Shown here piece after piece: positions 27,732-39,605 of a DNA stretch of 64,000 nucleotides (positions are counted from its first letter, which is position 1; every line of letters starts with the position of its first letter). The notes below the pieces were generated by a model. That model was not told the origin of the DNA and made no database searches. It saw only the letters and a program-made list of their open reading frames with translations. The DNA lies in assembly GCA_963814115.1 (NCBI GenBank), contig CAWFBS010000008.1:520160-584159 (forward strand). The letters are read 5' to 3'. A program made the translations under genes and the position numbers. This stretch comes from an uncultured Chloroflexia bacterium (GTDB taxonomy: Bacteria > Chloroflexota > Limnocylindria > Limnocylindrales > CSP1-4).

Positions 27732-28355
27732 ATGCCGCAGACGACGCTCTATGCCCGGACGGGTGAGGCGATCGGGACGGTGGAGCTCTCGGACGAGCTC
27801 TTTGCCGCGCCGGTCAACGCGGCCGTCCTCCACCAGGTCGTGACCGCCCAGCTTGCCGGTCGTCGGCTGGGCACCAGCGACACGAAGACGCGCGGCGAGG
27901 TCGCCGGCGGAGGCAAGAAGCCGTACCGTCAGAAGGGTACCGGTCGGGCCCGCCAGGGCTCGCGCCGCGCGCCGCACTTCACCGGCGGCGGGGTGGTCTT
28001 CGGTCCTCATCCGCGCTCATACGCCCAGCGCCTGCCCCGCAAGATGAAGCGCCTCGCGCTGCGCGGCGCGCTGACCGCCAAGCTCGGCGGCGACGCGATC
28101 CGGGTCCTCGACGCCTTCGGGCTGGACGCGATCCGGACGAAGGATCTCCTGGGCGTCCTGGACAACCTCAAGGTTGCCGGCCGGGTCCTGATCGTCTCGC
28201 CGGCCCGCGACGAACGCCTCGACCTCTCGGCCCGGAACCTCGCCCGCGTGGAGGTCCTGCTGGCCGATTCGCTGAACGTCGTGGACCTCCTCAACGCGGA
28301 CACGATCGTGATCGAGCAGCCCGCACTCGCCCGTCTCGAGGAGGTGTACGCATGA
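27732..28355 (+). CDS. rplD: 50S ribosomal protein L4
   Basis: [15 protein letters not shown]. Confidence 0.98.
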   Translation: MPQTTLYARTGEAIGTVELSDELFAAPVNAAVLHQVVTAQLAGRRLGTSDTKTRGEVAGGGKKPYRQKGTGRARQGSRRAPHFTGGGVVFGPHPRSYAQRLPRKMKRLALRGALTAKLGGDAIRVLDAFGLDAIRTKDLLGVLDNLKVAGRVLIVSPARDERLDLSARNLARVEVLLADSLNVVDLLNADTIVIEQPALARLEEVYA

Positions 28356-28654
28356 CGCTCACCGCCCACGAGGTGATCGTCCGTCCGATCATCAGCGAGA
28401 AGTCGATGGACGAGTCCGGCCGCGGCAAGTACACCTTCGAGGTTCACGGCGACGCGTCCAAGATCCAGGTCAAGGCGGCCGTCGAGGAGCTCTTCAAGGT
28501 CCAGGTCACGGCCGTCAACGTCCTCACCACGAAGGCCAAGGAGAAGCGCCGCGGCACCAAGCGCGGCCGGATCACGGGCTGGACCACGCCCTGGCGCAAG
28601 GCGATCGTGACGCTCGCCGCGGGCCAGAAGATCGAATTCTTCGAGGGGGTCTAG
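28352..28654 (+). CDS. rplW: 50S ribosomal protein L23
   Basis: [16 protein letters not shown]; operon position. Confidence 0.97.
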   Translation: MTLTAHEVIVRPIISEKSMDESGRGKYTFEVHGDASKIQVKAAVEELFKVQVTAVNVLTTKAKEKRRGTKRGRITGWTTPWRKAIVTLAAGQKIEFFEGV

Positions 28655-28656
28655 CC

Positions 28657-29487
28657 ATGCCGCTCCGAAGCTACAAGCCCACCTCTGCCGGCCGGCGGTT
28701 CATGACCCGCTCGACGTTCGAGGAGATCACCACCAAGGAGCCCTACAAGCCGCTCCTGGAGCCGAAGAAGCGCGGCTCGGGCCGGAACAACCAGGGTCGA
28801 ATGACCGTTCGCCACCGCGGTGGGGGCGAGAAGCAGCACTACCGCATCATCGACTTCCGGCGCGACAAGCTCGGCGTGCCGGCCAAGGTCGCGACCGTCG
28901 AGTACGACCCGAACCGCTCGGCCCGGATCGGCCTCCTTCACTACCGTGACGGCGAGAAGCGCTACATGCTGCTTCCCCACGGCCTGAAGGTGGGCGATGT
29001 CGTAGTGGCCGGTCCCGACGCCGAGGCCCGCGTCGGGAACGCCCTGCCGCTGTCGAGCATCCCGCTGGGCACCACGATCCACAACATCGAGCTGATCCCG
29101 GGCAAGGGCGGCCAGATCGTCCGGTCCGCGGGCGGCGCGGCGCAGCTCCTCGCCAAGGAAGGCGACTACGCCACCGTGCGGCTGCCGTCCGGCGAGATGC
29201 GTCGCGTGCCGCTGCGCTGCGTGGCGACGATCGGGCAGGTTTCGAACCTGGACCACGAGAACCAGAGCCTCGGGAAGGCCGGTCGGGCCCGCCACATGGG
29301 CCTTCGACCGGAGACCCGGGGCGTCGCGATGACCCCACGTGACCATCCGCACGGCGGCGGCGAGGGCAAGTCCCCGACGGGCATGCCCCCCAAGACGCCG
29401 TGGGGGAAGCCGGCGATGGGGTACCGGACGCGGCGCGGGACGAAGGCGGATCGCCTGATCGTCCGGTCGCGGCACCGCAAGTCGTAG
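28657..29487 (+). CDS. rplB: 50S ribosomal protein L2
   Basis: [19 protein letters not shown]. Confidence 0.98.
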   Translation: MPLRSYKPTSAGRRFMTRSTFEEITTKEPYKPLLEPKKRGSGRNNQGRMTVRHRGGGEKQHYRIIDFRRDKLGVPAKVATVEYDPNRSARIGLLHYRDGEKRYMLLPHGLKVGDVVVAGPDAEARVGNALPLSSIPLGTTIHNIELIPGKGGQIVRSAGGAAQLLAKEGDYATVRLPSGEMRRVPLRCVATIGQVSNLDHENQSLGKAGRARHMGLRPETRGVAMTPRDHPHGGGEGKSPTGMPPKTPWGKPAMGYRTRRGTKADRLIVRSRHRKS

Positions 29488-29500
29488 GAGGAGACGAAGC

Positions 29501-29785
29501 ATGTCGCGTTCGGTCAAGAAAGGACCGTTCGTCGAGGCGCGGCTCCTCGGCCGCGTCCAGGAGATGAACAAGAAGAACGAGCGGAAGATCGTGCGCACGT
29601 GGTCGCGTGCCTCGGTCGTCTTCCCGGATTTCATCGGGCACACGATCGCGGTCTACAACGGCCGCAAGCACGTGCCCGTCTATGTCACCGAGAACATGGT
29701 CGGTCACCGGCTGGGCGAGTTCGCCCCGACCCGCACGTTCCGCGGGCACGACAAGAAGACCGACCGTTCCACGGCCGTGCGGTAG
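29501..29785 (+). CDS. rpsS: 30S ribosomal protein S19
   Basis: [20 protein letters not shown]. Confidence 0.98.
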   Translation: MSRSVKKGPFVEARLLGRVQEMNKKNERKIVRTWSRASVVFPDFIGHTIAVYNGRKHVPVYVTENMVGHRLGEFAPTRTFRGHDKKTDRSTAVR

Positions 29786-29796
29786 GGGACCAGATC

Positions 29797-30135
29797 GTGC
29801 GCGTTTCTGCCACCGCCAAGTACCTCCGCGGGTCCACCCGCAAGGCGAATCTCGTCACGTCGGCCATCCGCGGTCGCCGAGTCGAGGACGCGAGCGCGAT
29901 CCTGCGCTTCATGCCGCAGGGAGCCGCTCGCGATGTCGCGCGCGTCCTCGCGAGCGCGACCGCGAACGCCGAGAACAACCACAACCTCGCGGCCGAGGAC
30001 CTCGTGATCGTCGAGGCTCACGCGAATGAGGGCCCCACCCTCAAGCGCTGGAGGCCGCGTGCCCAGGGTCGCGCGTTTGCCATCCACAAGCCGATGACCC
30101 ACATCACCATCGTCCTCGAAGAGCGGGAGGCCTGA
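29797..30135 (+). CDS. rplV: 50S ribosomal protein L22
   Basis: GTG 29797; [24 protein letters not shown]. Confidence 0.97.
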   Translation: MRVSATAKYLRGSTRKANLVTSAIRGRRVEDASAILRFMPQGAARDVARVLASATANAENNHNLAAEDLVIVEAHANEGPTLKRWRPRAQGRAFAIHKPMTHITIVLEEREA

Positions 30136-30136
30136 C

Positions 30137-30826
30137 ATGGGACACAAGGTCCACCCGTACGGCTTCCGCCTGGGGGTCAGCCGCACCTGGTCGGCAAAGT
30201 GGTACGCCGACAAGGAGTACGCCACCCTGCTCCAGGAAGACCTGGCGATGCGCACGCTCATCGAGCGGCGGCTGGCGAACGCAAGCGTCGGCGGCGTCGA
30301 GATCGAGCGCGGGATCAACTACGTGACGGTCACGATCCACACGGCGAAGCCGGGCATCGTCATCGGCAAGGGCGGCGCGAACGTCGAGATCCTGCGCAAG
30401 CAGATCGGCGACCTCACCAAGCCCCGCAAGGTGAAGCTGGAGATCAAGGAGATCCGCCAGCCGGAGCTCGACGCGTATCTGGTCGCGGCCAACGTCGCCC
30501 AGCAGCTGAGCCGCCGGATCGCCTTCCGGAAGGCGATGAAGCAGGCCATCCAGCGCACCATGAAGGCGGGCGCCAAGGGCGTCAAGATCGCCGTCGCCGG
30601 CCGCCTGGGCGGCTCGGAGATGGCGCGCCGTGAGTGGGACCGCGAAGGCCGGATCCCCCTCGGGACGCTCCGCGCGGACATCAGCTACGGCTACGTGCTG
30701 TCGCGCACGACCTACGGCACGATCGGTGTCAAGGTCTGGATCTACCGGGGCGACGTTCCGGACCAGCGGGTCACGCGGCCGGTGGCCGCCCAGGTTGCCG
30801 CGCCCGCCGCGGTCCAGGGGGCGTGA
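30137..30826 (+). CDS. rpsC: 30S ribosomal protein S3
   Basis: [24 protein letters not shown]. Confidence 0.98.
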   Translation: MGHKVHPYGFRLGVSRTWSAKWYADKEYATLLQEDLAMRTLIERRLANASVGGVEIERGINYVTVTIHTAKPGIVIGKGGANVEILRKQIGDLTKPRKVKLEIKEIRQPELDAYLVAANVAQQLSRRIAFRKAMKQAIQRTMKAGAKGVKIAVAGRLGGSEMARREWDREGRIPLGTLRADISYGYVLSRTTYGTIGVKVWIYRGDVPDQRVTRPVAAQVAAPAAVQGA

Positions 30827-30830
30827 CGCC

Positions 30831-31250
30831 ATGCTGATGCCCCGTCGCGTCAAGCATCGCAAGGTCATGCGCGGCCGGATGGCCGGCATGTCCAAGGGCG
30901 GTACCGTGGTCTCGTTCGGCGAGTTCGGCCTTATCACCCTGGAGCCCGCCTGGATCACCAGTCGCCAGATCGAGGCTGCCCGGCGTGCGATGACCCGCTC
31001 GGTCAAGCGCGGCGGCAAGATCTGGATCCGGATCTTCCCGGACAAGCCGGCCACGAAGAAGCCTGCCGAGACCCGCATGGGCTCCGGCAAGGGTGCCCCC
31101 GACCACTGGGTTGCCGTGGTGCGGCCCGGCCGGATCCTCTTCGAGATGGCCGGAGTCGATCGCGAGCAGGCCGTCGAGGCGATGCGCCTTGCGAGCCACA
31201 AGCTCCCGGTCGCCACGCGCTTCATCGTGAAAGAGGAGGAGAGCGCGTGA
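30831..31250 (+). CDS. rplP: 50S ribosomal protein L16
   Basis: ATG 30831 [11 protein letters not shown]; RMGSGKG. Confidence 0.98.
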   Translation: MLMPRRVKHRKVMRGRMAGMSKGGTVVSFGEFGLITLEPAWITSRQIEAARRAMTRSVKRGGKIWIRIFPDKPATKKPAETRMGSGKGAPDHWVAVVRPGRILFEMAGVDREQAVEAMRLASHKLPVATRFIVKEEESA

Positions 31251-31453
31251 TCGACATCGACAAGTTGCGCGCCCTGACGGACGCGGAGCTCGACCAGGCG
31301 CTCAAGGACGCCAAGCGCGACCTGTGGCAGGCCCGTTTCGAGCTCGCCACGCGCCAGCTGAAGGATTACACCGCGATCTCCGGCACCCGCCGGACCATCG
31401 CCCGGATCCTCACCGTCCTCCACGAGCGCGAGCTCGCGGACAAGAGCGCGTAG
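31247..31453 (+). CDS. rpmC: 50S ribosomal protein L29
   Basis: [18 protein letters not shown]; operon position. Confidence 0.95.
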   Translation: MIDIDKLRALTDAELDQALKDAKRDLWQARFELATRQLKDYTAISGTRRTIARILTVLHERELADKSA

Positions 31454-31463
31454 GGGGTCCGGC

Positions 31464-31844
31464 ATGGCAGGAGCAACACACGTGCAGGGCAATCGAAAGA
31501 CGAAGGTCGGGCGCGTCGTCAGCGACAAGATGGACAAGACGATCGTCGTCTCCGTCGAGCGCCTGACGCGCCATCCGCTGTACAAGCGGGTGATCCGGGC
31601 CTCCAGCAAGTTCGCGGCGCACGACGAGCTCAATGCGGCGCGCGTCGGTGACACCGTCCGCATCGAGGAGTCACGGCCGCTGTCGCGCACCAAGCGCTGG
31701 CAGCTGGTCGAGGTCCTCTCCCGCGCGGGCGAGGACCAGCCGTCCGAGCTCCTGGTCGAGGAATCGGCCACGACCGAGGCGATCCACGCTGCGGCGCATC
31801 CGGGCAAGGCGCACGCCGAGACCGGGGAGGGAGCCGAGGCGTGA
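31464..31844 (+). CDS. rpsQ: 30S ribosomal protein S17 with C-terminal extension
   Basis: [20 protein letters not shown]. Confidence 0.97.
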   Translation: MAGATHVQGNRKTKVGRVVSDKMDKTIVVSVERLTRHPLYKRVIRASSKFAAHDELNAARVGDTVRIEESRPLSRTKRWQLVEVLSRAGEDQPSELLVEESATTEAIHAAAHPGKAHAETGEGAEA

Positions 31845-32209
31845 TCCAGCAGCAGACCCGGCTCCGCGTGGCGGACAACACGGGGGCGCGCGTGATCCAG
31901 TGCATCCGGATCATGGGCCGCTCGCGCGCGACCACCGCGGAGGTCGGCGACGTCATCGTCGCCAGCGTCAAGCAGGCGATCCCGAATGCCGCCGTGAAGA
32001 AGGGCGACGTCGTGCGTGCCGTCGTGGTCCGGACGGCGAAGGAATACGGCCGACCGGATGGCAGCTACATCCGGTTCGACGAGAACGCCGCCGTCCTCAT
32101 CAACAACCAGGGCAACCCGCGCGGGACACGGATCTTCGGACCCGTTGCGCGCGAGCTGCGCGATCGGAACTACATGAAGATCGTCTCCCTCGCCCCGGAG
32201 GTGCTCTGA
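31841..32209 (+). CDS. rplN: 50S ribosomal protein L14
   Basis: [19 protein letters not shown]. Confidence 0.98.
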   Translation: MIQQQTRLRVADNTGARVIQCIRIMGRSRATTAEVGDVIVASVKQAIPNAAVKKGDVVRAVVVRTAKEYGRPDGSYIRFDENAAVLINNQGNPRGTRIFGPVARELRDRNYMKIVSLAPEVL

Positions 32210-32210
32210 G

Positions 32211-32612
32211 GTGGCCCACGCCGTCACACCCCGGGTGACCAAGGTCCCGGAGATCCGCAAGGGTGACACGATCCTCCTGCTCGGCGGCAAGGACGCCGGG
32301 AAGCGGGGGACCGTGGAGCGCGTGGACCGACCGCTCACGCCCGGCACGCCATATCGCGTGGTCGTGCAGGGACTCAACATCGCGAAGCGGCACACGAAGC
32401 CGCGCCCGCGCATGAACCAGAACGATCGCACGCCCCAGATGCAGCAGGGTGGCATCGTCGAGAAGCCCCTCCCGATCGCCGTCGGGAAGGTCATGTTGGT
32501 GTGTCCCCGCTGCGACCAGCCGACGCGGATCCGGCACCTCCTCCTGGAGAGCGGCGTCAGCGTCCGCGCCTGCGGTCGCTGTGGCCAGCCGGTGGAGGTG
32601 AAGGGCGCGTGA
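32211..32612 (+). CDS. rplX: 50S ribosomal protein L24
   Basis: KGDT...GKDAGKRG (KOW), QQGGIVEK. Confidence 0.96.
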   Translation: MAHAVTPRVTKVPEIRKGDTILLLGGKDAGKRGTVERVDRPLTPGTPYRVVVQGLNIAKRHTKPRPRMNQNDRTPQMQQGGIVEKPLPIAVGKVMLVCPRCDQPTRIRHLLLESGVSVRACGRCGQPVEVKGA

Positions 32613-33151
32613 GCAACAACCTCAAGGGGCGCTACGCGACCGAGGTCGTCCCGGCGCTGACCAAGCAGTTCGCCTACCGCAACCCGATGCAGGTGCCCCG
32701 AGTCGACAAGATCGTGGTGAACATCGGGCTCGGCGAGGCGCTCACGAACGCCAAGGCCGTCGACGCCGCGGTCGGTGACCTGGCCCTCATCACGGGCCAG
32801 AAGCCGATCGTCACGAAGGCCAAGCGCTCCATTGCCCAGTTCCGTCTCCGGACGGGTAACACGATCGGCGCCAAGGTGACCCTCCGCGGCGAGCGGATGT
32901 GGGACTTTCTGGAGCGACTGAGCGTCCTGGCGCTCCCGCGCATCCGCGACTTCCGGGGCATCCCGGCCAAGTCGTTCGACGGGCGCGGCAACTACAGCCT
33001 CGGGATGCGCGAGCAGCTCGCGTTCCCCGAGATCGATTACGACAAGGTCGACCGTCTCCGCGGGCTGGAGATCAGCATCGTGACGACGGCGAAGACCGAC
33101 GAGGAGTCCCGGAAACTTCTGGAGCTCCTCGGCATGCCCTTCGCCGGCTAG
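32609..33151 (+). CDS. rplE: 50S ribosomal protein L5
   Basis: GTG 32609; [16 protein letters not shown]. Confidence 0.98.
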   Translation: MSNNLKGRYATEVVPALTKQFAYRNPMQVPRVDKIVVNIGLGEALTNAKAVDAAVGDLALITGQKPIVTKAKRSIAQFRLRTGNTIGAKVTLRGERMWDFLERLSVLALPRIRDFRGIPAKSFDGRGNYSLGMREQLAFPEIDYDKVDRLRGLEISIVTTAKTDEESRKLLELLGMPFAG

Positions 33152-33167
33152 CGCGGGGAGGAGGACC

Positions 33168-33353
33168 ATGGCCAAGAAATCGCTGATTGCAAAGGCGAAG
33201 CGAACGCCCAGGCACAAGGTGCAGGCATACCACCGGTGCACGCTGTGTGGCCGGCCCCGCGCCTATATGCGTCGGTTTGCGCTCTGCCGAATCTGCTTCC
33301 GGGAGCGCGCCCTCGCGGGCGAGATCCCGGGCGTGACGAAGTCGAGCTGGTGA
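33168..33353 (+). CDS. rpsN: 30S ribosomal protein S14 (Zn-binding type Z)
   Basis: CTLCGRP...LCRICFRE. Confidence 0.97.
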   Translation: MAKKSLIAKAKRTPRHKVQAYHRCTLCGRPRAYMRRFALCRICFRERALAGEIPGVTKSSW

Positions 33354-33360
33354 GCCGACC

Positions 33361-33759
33361 ATGAACGTCTCCGATCCCATCGCGGACATGCTCACGCGCA
33401 TCCGCAACGCGTCGCGAGCGCACCACCTCGAGGTGGTCGTCCCGGCATCCCGCGTGAAGCGCGAGATCGCGCGCATCCTCGTTGACGAGGGCTTCATCGC
33501 CTCCTTCAGCGAGGGGCGCGACGGGGTGCATCCCGTCATCACGCTCCACCTCAAGTACGTCGATGGCAAGGCCTCGGTTGTTTCCGGGCTCAAGCGCATC
33601 AGCAAGCCCGGCCTCCGGGTCTACGCGCGCAAGACCGATATCCCCCGGGTCCTGGGTGGCCTGGGCATCGTCATCGTCAGCACCAGCCAGGGCATCATGA
33701 CCGGCGCGCAGGCTCACAAGGCCCAGCTCGGCGGCGAAGTCCTCGCGTACGTCTGGTAG
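33361..33759 (+). CDS. rpsH: 30S ribosomal protein S8
   Basis: [20 protein letters not shown]. Confidence 0.98.
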   Translation: MNVSDPIADMLTRIRNASRAHHLEVVVPASRVKREIARILVDEGFIASFSEGRDGVHPVITLHLKYVDGKASVVSGLKRISKPGLRVYARKTDIPRVLGGLGIVIVSTSQGIMTGAQAHKAQLGGEVLAYVW

Positions 33760-33770
33760 GGGGGACGGCG

Positions 33771-34322
33771 ATGTCACGTATCGGCCGTCAGCCGATCCTG
33801 GTGCCCGCGGGAGTCGAGGTCCATCTCGATGGCCCGGTGATCACGGTCAAGGGCCCCAGGGGGACCCTGACCCGCTCCCTCCCGGCCGCGATGACCGTGG
33901 AGACCAGCGAGGGAAGCCTCCTGGTGACCCGCCCATCTGACCTCAAGCAGCACAAACAGCTCCACGGGCTGACCCGCACGCTCGTCGCCAACATGGTGGA
34001 GGGCGTGACGAACGGCTACCGGAAAGGTCTCGAGATCACGGGCGTCGGCTACCGTGCCCAGAAGATCGGGGACAAGCTGCAGCTCAACCTCGGGTACAGC
34101 CATCCCGTCGAGATCGTGCCCCCGGAAGGCATCAGCTTCGAGGTGGAGACCCCGCTCAAGCTGGCCGTCCTCGGGATCGACAAGGAGCTCGTCGGCCAGG
34201 TTGCCGCCCGCGTCCGGGCAACCCGGAAGCCCGAGCCATACAAGGGCAAGGGCGTCCGCTACGCCGGCGAGGTGATCCGTCGAAAGGCCGGCAAGGCCGG
34301 CAAGATCGGCGGAAAGAAGTAA
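33771..34322 (+). CDS. rplF: 50S ribosomal protein L6
   Basis: [18 protein letters not shown]. Confidence 0.98.
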   Translation: MSRIGRQPILVPAGVEVHLDGPVITVKGPRGTLTRSLPAAMTVETSEGSLLVTRPSDLKQHKQLHGLTRTLVANMVEGVTNGYRKGLEITGVGYRAQKIGDKLQLNLGYSHPVEIVPPEGISFEVETPLKLAVLGIDKELVGQVAARVRATRKPEPYKGKGVRYAGEVIRRKAGKAGKIGGKK

Positions 34323-34338
34323 CGGAAGGACGACCACG

Positions 34339-34701
34339 ATGACGAAGGCCGCCACGCGCGGCGCCGCCCGGCAGAAACGGCACGAGCGGATTCGCCTCCG
34401 GTTGGAGGGGACGTCCGCGCGGCCGCGCCTTGCGGTCTACCGCAGCCTCAACCACATCTACGCACAGGTGATCGACGACAGCGCCGGTCGCACCCTCGCC
34501 GCCGCGTCCTCTCTCGAGCCGGAGCTCAAGGGCGGGAAGCAGACGAAGGTCGACGAAGCGAAAGTGGTCGGACGCCTGGTCGCCGAGCGGGCCCGCACCG
34601 CCGGAGTTGCGCAAGTCGTCTTCGACCGGGCCGGGTATCGCTACCACGGCCGGGTCAAGACGCTCGCCGACGCCGCGCGGGAAGCCGGTCTCGACTTCTA
34701 G
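34339..34701 (+). CDS. rplR: 50S ribosomal protein L18
   Basis: [21 protein letters not shown]. Confidence 0.98.
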   Translation: MTKAATRGAARQKRHERIRLRLEGTSARPRLAVYRSLNHIYAQVIDDSAGRTLAAASSLEPELKGGKQTKVDEAKVVGRLVAERARTAGVAQVVFDRAGYRYHGRVKTLADAAREAGLDF

Positions 34702-34717
34702 GAGGAGAAGACCGCCA

Positions 34718-35251
34718 GTGGCCAGGATCGACCCAGCCAAGCTCACGCTCGAGGAGCGTGTCGTTCAGATCAACCGTGTCGCCAAGGTCGTCAAGGGCGG
34801 GCGGCGCTTCAGCTTCTCGGCCGTCGTCATCGTCGGAGACGGCCAGGGCCACGTGGGTGCCGGGCTCGGCAAAGCCGGCGAGGTGCCCGAGGCGATCCGC
34901 AAGGGCGTCGAGGACGCGAAGAAGAACCTCATCAAGATCCCGACCGTGGGAACCACGATCCCGCACGAAGTGCGCGCCGAGTACGCGGCGGCCAAGGTCC
35001 TGCTCAAGCCTGCCTCGCAGGGGACCGGGGTCATCGCCGGCGGCTCCGTTCGCTCCGTGGTGGAGGCGGCCGGCATCCGGGACATTCTCTCGAAGGTCCA
35101 CGGTTCCACCAACCCGGTCAACGTCGTGCGCGCCACGATCGAGGCGCTTCGCGACCTTTCGTCGGCGGAGGAGATCTCCGCGCGCCGCGGCGTGCCGGTT
35201 CGCCTGTTCGTCGCCGGTCAGCCAACCACGGAGGCCGCAGATGGCCGCTAG
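34718..35251 (+). CDS. rpsE: 30S ribosomal protein S5
   Basis: GTG 34718; [20 protein letters not shown]. Confidence 0.98.
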   Translation: MARIDPAKLTLEERVVQINRVAKVVKGGRRFSFSAVVIVGDGQGHVGAGLGKAGEVPEAIRKGVEDAKKNLIKIPTVGTTIPHEVRAEYAAAKVLLKPASQGTGVIAGGSVRSVVEAAGIRDILSKVHGSTNPVNVVRATIEALRDLSSAEEISARRGVPVRLFVAGQPTTEAADGR

Positions 35252-35450
35252 GCTCAAGGTGACCCAGGTCAGGAGCACGATCAGCCATATCGCCCGCAAT
35301 CGCGGGACGATCAAGGCCCTCGGGCTTCACCGGATTGGCGACACGGTCGTGGTGCCGGACAACGAGGCGACGCGCGGGATGGTCCGCGCGGTCCGCTTCC
35401 TGGTCGAGGTGGAGGAGCTCCCCGAGATCGCGGTGGAGGAATCCCGATGA
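35241..35450 (+). CDS. rpmD: 50S ribosomal protein L30
   Basis: ATG 35241 [14 protein letters not shown]...LGLHRIG. Confidence 0.95.
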   Translation: MAARLKVTQVRSTISHIARNRGTIKALGLHRIGDTVVVPDNEATRGMVRAVRFLVEVEELPEIAVEESR

Positions 35451-36004
35451 AGCTGCACGATCTGCGGCCGGCCGAAGGCGCGCACACGGCGAAGACCCGC
35501 GTGGGGCGGGGCATCGCCGCCGGCAAGGGCAAGACCGCCGGCCGGGGAACCAAGGGGCAGAAGTCGCGGGCCGGCAGCTCCATCCCGGCCTGGTTCGAGG
35601 GCGGCCAGACGCCGATCCACATCCGGATCCCGAAGCTCCACGGCTTCCGCAATTTCAACAGGATCGAGTACGAGGTCGTCAACGTGGGCGCCATCAGCGC
35701 CGCGATCGACATCGGGCGCCTGCCCGAGGGGGACATGCCCGGCGAGCCGAAGCGGACCGCGCCTGCCCCGGTCACCGTGAACCAGGAGCTCCTGCGCATG
35801 GCCGGACTGGTCCGGACTCTCGACAAGCCGCTCAAGATCCTGGGTGGGGGTGACGTGAGCCGCCCGATGTTCGTGGTCGCCGACGCCTTCACCAAGAGCG
35901 CCCGCGAGAAGATCGAGGCCGCCGGCGGCACGGTCCAGGTGATCGAGATCCCGACCTCCCTGCTCGCTGCCATCGGCGTCGAGCCCGCGGCCGGCGCGGA
36001 CTGA
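35447..36004 (+). CDS. rplO: 50S ribosomal protein L15
   Basis: [24 protein letters not shown]. Confidence 0.97.
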   Translation: MKLHDLRPAEGAHTAKTRVGRGIAAGKGKTAGRGTKGQKSRAGSSIPAWFEGGQTPIHIRIPKLHGFRNFNRIEYEVVNVGAISAAIDIGRLPEGDMPGEPKRTAPAPVTVNQELLRMAGLVRTLDKPLKILGGGDVSRPMFVVADAFTKSAREKIEAAGGTVQVIEIPTSLLAAIGVEPAAGAD

Positions 36005-36016
36005 CGCGGCCCAGCC

Positions 36017-37300
36017 GTGTTCGACTCCATCCTCAACGCCTTCCGTGCGCCGGACATCCGGCGGCGCATCCTGTTCGTTCTCGGCACCCTCATCGTGTTC
36101 CGGGCGCTGGCCCACGTCCCCGTTCCCGGCGCGGACCCGACGAAGCTGGCGGCGTTCTTCAACAACAACGCGCTCTTCGGCCTGCTGGACCTGTTCTCCG
36201 GCGGTGGCCTGTCGCGGTTCTCCGTGGTGGGCCTGGGCGTGAACCCGTACATCAACGCGTCGATCATCATGCAGCTGATGACGGGCGTCGTACCCGCTCT
36301 CACGGCGCTCCAGCGCGAGGGTGAGTACGGGCGCAACAAGATCAACCAGTACACCCGCTACCTCACCGTGCCCCTGGCGGTCCTCCAGAGCTACGGCTTC
36401 CTGGCGGTCCTCAACCAGGCGGGCGTGCTCAACACGACCTTTGACCTCGCCTCGTTCGGGACGCTGACCCAGATCATCAGCCTCACCGCCGGCTCGATCC
36501 TCCTGATGTGGATCGGCGAGCTGATCACGGAGAAGGGGATCGGCAACGGCATCAGCTTCATCATCTTCGCCGGCATCGTGGGCCGGGTGCCGCAGGCGCT
36601 CGGGACGTTCCTCGATTCGCCCAACATCGCCGCCCTCGCCGTCTTCGGCGTCTTCGCGGTGTTCGCGGTTGGCGCGATCGTGTTCATCACCGAGGGCCAG
36701 CGACGCATCCCCGTCCAGTACGCGAGTCGTGTCCGCGGGCGGCGGATGTACCAGGGCGGCACCACGTTCCTGCCGCTGCGGGTCAACCAGGCGGGCGTCA
36801 TCCCGATCATCTTCGCGGTGAGCATCCTGCTCTTCCCCAGCCAGATCGCGGGCTACTTCGCCCAGAGCCAGGTGACGGCCGTGGCGGATGTCGCGACGTT
36901 CTTCGTGAACACGTTCGGCCCGTCCAACCTGCTCGTGTACGGGTCGCTCTACTTCCTGCTGACCGTCGGCTTCACCTACTTCTATACGGCCTTCACGTTC
37001 AAGCCGGACGAGACGGCCGAGCAGCTCCGCAAGAACGGCGGCTTCATCCCGGGCATCCGTCCGGGACGGCCGACCCAGGACTATCTCGCCCGCGTGGTCA
37101 ACCGGATCACAGTCGCCGGGGCGCTGTTCCTGGGCATCGTGGCGGTCGCACCGTTCGTATTCCAGGCGTTCATCCCGAGCCTTTCCGGCCTCTCGCTGGG
37201 AGGCACCAGCATCCTGATCGTCGTGTCGGTCGTGGTCGAGACGATGAAGCAGCTGGAAGCCCAGCTCATGATGCGCAACTACGAGGGGTTCATCCGGTGA
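36017..37300 (+). CDS. secY: Preprotein translocase subunit SecY
   Basis: LGVNPYINASII, GIGNGIS, GGFIPGIRPG. Confidence 0.98.
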   Translation: MFDSILNAFRAPDIRRRILFVLGTLIVFRALAHVPVPGADPTKLAAFFNNNALFGLLDLFSGGGLSRFSVVGLGVNPYINASIIMQLMTGVVPALTALQREGEYGRNKINQYTRYLTVPLAVLQSYGFLAVLNQAGVLNTTFDLASFGTLTQIISLTAGSILLMWIGELITEKGIGNGISFIIFAGIVGRVPQALGTFLDSPNIAALAVFGVFAVFAVGAIVFITEGQRRIPVQYASRVRGRRMYQGGTTFLPLRVNQAGVIPIIFAVSILLFPSQIAGYFAQSQVTAVADVATFFVNTFGPSNLLVYGSLYFLLTVGFTYFYTAFTFKPDETAEQLRKNGGFIPGIRPGRPTQDYLARVVNRITVAGALFLGIVAVAPFVFQAFIPSLSGLSLGGTSILIVVSVVVETMKQLEAQLMMRNYEGFIR

Positions 37301-37331
37301 CGATGCGAGCCCCGTGGGCCCGGGAGCCGCG

Positions 37332-38003
37332 GTGAGGATTCTCGTCCTGCTTGGCGCCCCCGGCGCCGGGAAGGGGACCCAGGCCAATGTCCTCGCCCGC
37401 CACCTCGGGCTGCCGAGGATCGCCACGGGCGACCTGTTCCGGGCGGCAGCGCGGGATGGCACGCCGCTCGGGCTCGCCGCCCAGGCGTACATGGAGCGCG
37501 GCGAGCTCGTCCCGGACGAGATCACCATCGGGATGCTGCTCGAGCGGCTGGGGGCGCCGGACGCCGAACGGGGAGTGATCCTCGACGGGTTCCCTCGCAA
37601 TCGCTCCCAGGCGGACGCCCTGGACAAGGCACTCGCGGACCGCGGCGCCGCCGTCGAAGCCGCACTTCTCGTTGACGTCCCGGTCGACGAGCTGCTGCGG
37701 CGCCTGACCGGGCGCTGGCTGTGCAGCGCGGCCGGTCACACCTACCACGAGACGGCGTACCCGCCCCGCGTCCCGGGCGTCTGCGACATCGACGGATCGG
37801 CCCTGATCCAGCGCGACGACGACCGCCCGGAGATCGTGCAGGCGCGCCTGGACAAGCAGCTTGGCGCACTCGCGGACGTGGTTGAGCACTACCGCTCGGC
37901 GGGCGTCCTCCGGACCGTTGACGGGCGCCGCCCGATCGCCGCCGTCACCAACGACCTCCTCGACGCGATCGAGCCGATCCCATACTGGCGGACGCGCCCG
38001 TGA
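37332..38003 (+). CDS. adk: Adenylate kinase
   Basis: GAPGAGKGTQA, LDGFPR, long LID domain; start chosen at GTG 37332. Confidence 0.96.
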   Translation: MRILVLLGAPGAGKGTQANVLARHLGLPRIATGDLFRAAARDGTPLGLAAQAYMERGELVPDEITIGMLLERLGAPDAERGVILDGFPRNRSQADALDKALADRGAAVEAALLVDVPVDELLRRLTGRWLCSAAGHTYHETAYPPRVPGVCDIDGSALIQRDDDRPEIVQARLDKQLGALADVVEHYRSAGVLRTVDGRRPIAAVTNDLLDAIEPIPYWRTRP

Positions 38004-38746
38004 TCACCCGCCGGTCGACCACGGAGATCGCCGTCATGCGCCGGGCAGGACGCCTCGTGGCCGAGGTGCTCGGCCTGGTCGAGCAATCGATTCGCCCCGG
38101 CGTGTCGACCGCCTACCTTGACGAGATCGCCGAGGAGCACATCCGGAGGGCCGGGGGGACTCCGTCGTTCAAGGGCTATTTCGGCTACCCATCCTCGATC
38201 TGCATCTCGATCGACCGGGAGGTCGTCCACGGGATCCCCGGTCACCGCACGATCGCCGATGGGCAGGTCGTCTCGATCGACGCTGGCGCCATCGTGGAGG
38301 GCTACCACGGCGACGCGGCGCGGACCTTCATCGTGGGCGACGTCCCGCAGGCGGTCCGCGATCTCGTCGAGACCACGCGGCTCGGCCTCGAGGCCGGGAT
38401 CGCCGCGGCGGTCCCCGGCAACCGGATCTGGGACATCTCCGCGGCCGTGGAGGACGTCGCCCTCCCGCGCGGCTACGGCGTGGTCCGACCCTACGTGGGC
38501 CACGGGATCGGCACCGAGATGCACGAGGACCCGCAGGTCCCGAACTACCGCACCAAGACGAAGGGGATCGAGCTGGCGCCGGGAATCTGCCTGGCGATCG
38601 AGCCGATGTTCACGCTCGGGAGTGCCGACGTCGAGACGCTTACCGACGGCTGGACGGTCGTCACCCGCGACGGTTCCGTCGCGGCCCATTTCGAGGACTC
38701 GATCGCCGTCACCGCAGACGGTCCGGAGATCCTCACCAGGCTATAG
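38000..38746 (+). CDS. map: Methionine aminopeptidase type I
   Basis: [35 protein letters not shown]. Confidence 0.97.
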   Translation: MITRRSTTEIAVMRRAGRLVAEVLGLVEQSIRPGVSTAYLDEIAEEHIRRAGGTPSFKGYFGYPSSICISIDREVVHGIPGHRTIADGQVVSIDAGAIVEGYHGDAARTFIVGDVPQAVRDLVETTRLGLEAGIAAAVPGNRIWDISAAVEDVALPRGYGVVRPYVGHGIGTEMHEDPQVPNYRTKTKGIELAPGICLAIEPMFTLGSADVETLTDGWTVVTRDGSVAAHFEDSIAVTADGPEILTRL

Positions 38747-38762
38747 CCGGCCGGGCCGGCGC

Positions 38763-38791
38763 TTGCCGGAACCGGCCGAACTTGATACGCT
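38763..38791 (+). promoter_or_regulatory. Internal promoter upstream of infA
   Basis: TTGCCG-N17-TACGCT with TGn extension. Confidence 0.7.
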
Positions 38792-38852
38792 ACGCGTTCG
38801 TGTGTCGGCTCGGGTCGGTGCGCGACCGCGAGCAGGAGCACCAGGGAGCACG

Positions 38853-39071
38853 TTGGGCAAGAAGGACGCAATCGAAGTCGAGGGAACCGTCCTCGAGCCG
38901 CTGCCGAACACGATGTTCGCCGTTGAGCTGGAGAATGGCCACCGCGTCCTTGCCCATATCAGCGGGAAGCTCCGGATGAACTTCATCCGGATCCTGCCGG
39001 GCGACCGGGTACGCGTCGAATTGTCCCCGTACGACCTCACTCGGGGTCGGATCACGTACCGGCTGAAGTAG
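38853..39071 (+). CDS. infA: Translation initiation factor IF-1
   Basis: TTG start after GGAG; [26 protein letters not shown]. Confidence 0.97.
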   Translation: MGKKDAIEVEGTVLEPLPNTMFAVELENGHRVLAHISGKLRMNFIRILPGDRVRVELSPYDLTRGRITYRLK

Positions 39072-39097
39072 CCGGCACCAAGCGCGAAGGAAGACCG

Positions 39098-39211
39098 TTG
39101 AAAGTCCGAGCCTCGGTCAAGGCCCGCTGCGACAACTGCAAGGTGATCCGCCGCCACGGGACCGTGATGGTCATCTGCGCCAACCCCAAGCACAAGCAAC
39201 GGCAGGGCTGA
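39098..39211 (+). CDS. rpmJ: 50S ribosomal protein L36 (absent from ORF track)
   Basis: TTG start; [37 protein letters not shown]. Confidence 0.97.
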   Translation: MKVRASVKARCDNCKVIRRHGTVMVICANPKHKQRQG

Positions 39212-39215
39212 TCGA

Positions 39216-39587
39216 ATGGCACGGATCTCTGGCGTCGACATCCCGCGCGAGAAGCGCGTGGAGGTCGCCCTGACCTACATCTACGGGATCGGGCTGCCAA
39301 CCAGCCAGAAGATCCTCCAGCAGACGAACGTGAACCCCGACACCCGGGTCCGGGACCTCACCGAGGACCAGGTCACCCGGTTGCGCGAGCTGATCGATCG
39401 ACGGTTCAAGGTCGAGGGCGACCTCCGCCGCGAGGTGGCGCTGAACATCAAGCGCCTCATCGAGATCGGCTCGTATCGCGGCCTCCGTCACCGGCGCAAC
39501 CTGCCGGTTCGGGGCCAGCGCACCAAGACCAACGCTCGCCAGCGTCGCGGACCGAAGAAGACGGTCGGCGCGCGGCGCAAGAAGTAA
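39216..39587 (+). CDS. rpsM: 30S ribosomal protein S13
   Basis: [19 protein letters not shown]. Confidence 0.98.
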   Translation: MARISGVDIPREKRVEVALTYIYGIGLPTSQKILQQTNVNPDTRVRDLTEDQVTRLRELIDRRFKVEGDLRREVALNIKRLIEIGSYRGLRHRRNLPVRGQRTKTNARQRRGPKKTVGARRKK

Positions 39588-39605
39588 GAGGGACGAGCCG
39601 GACGT

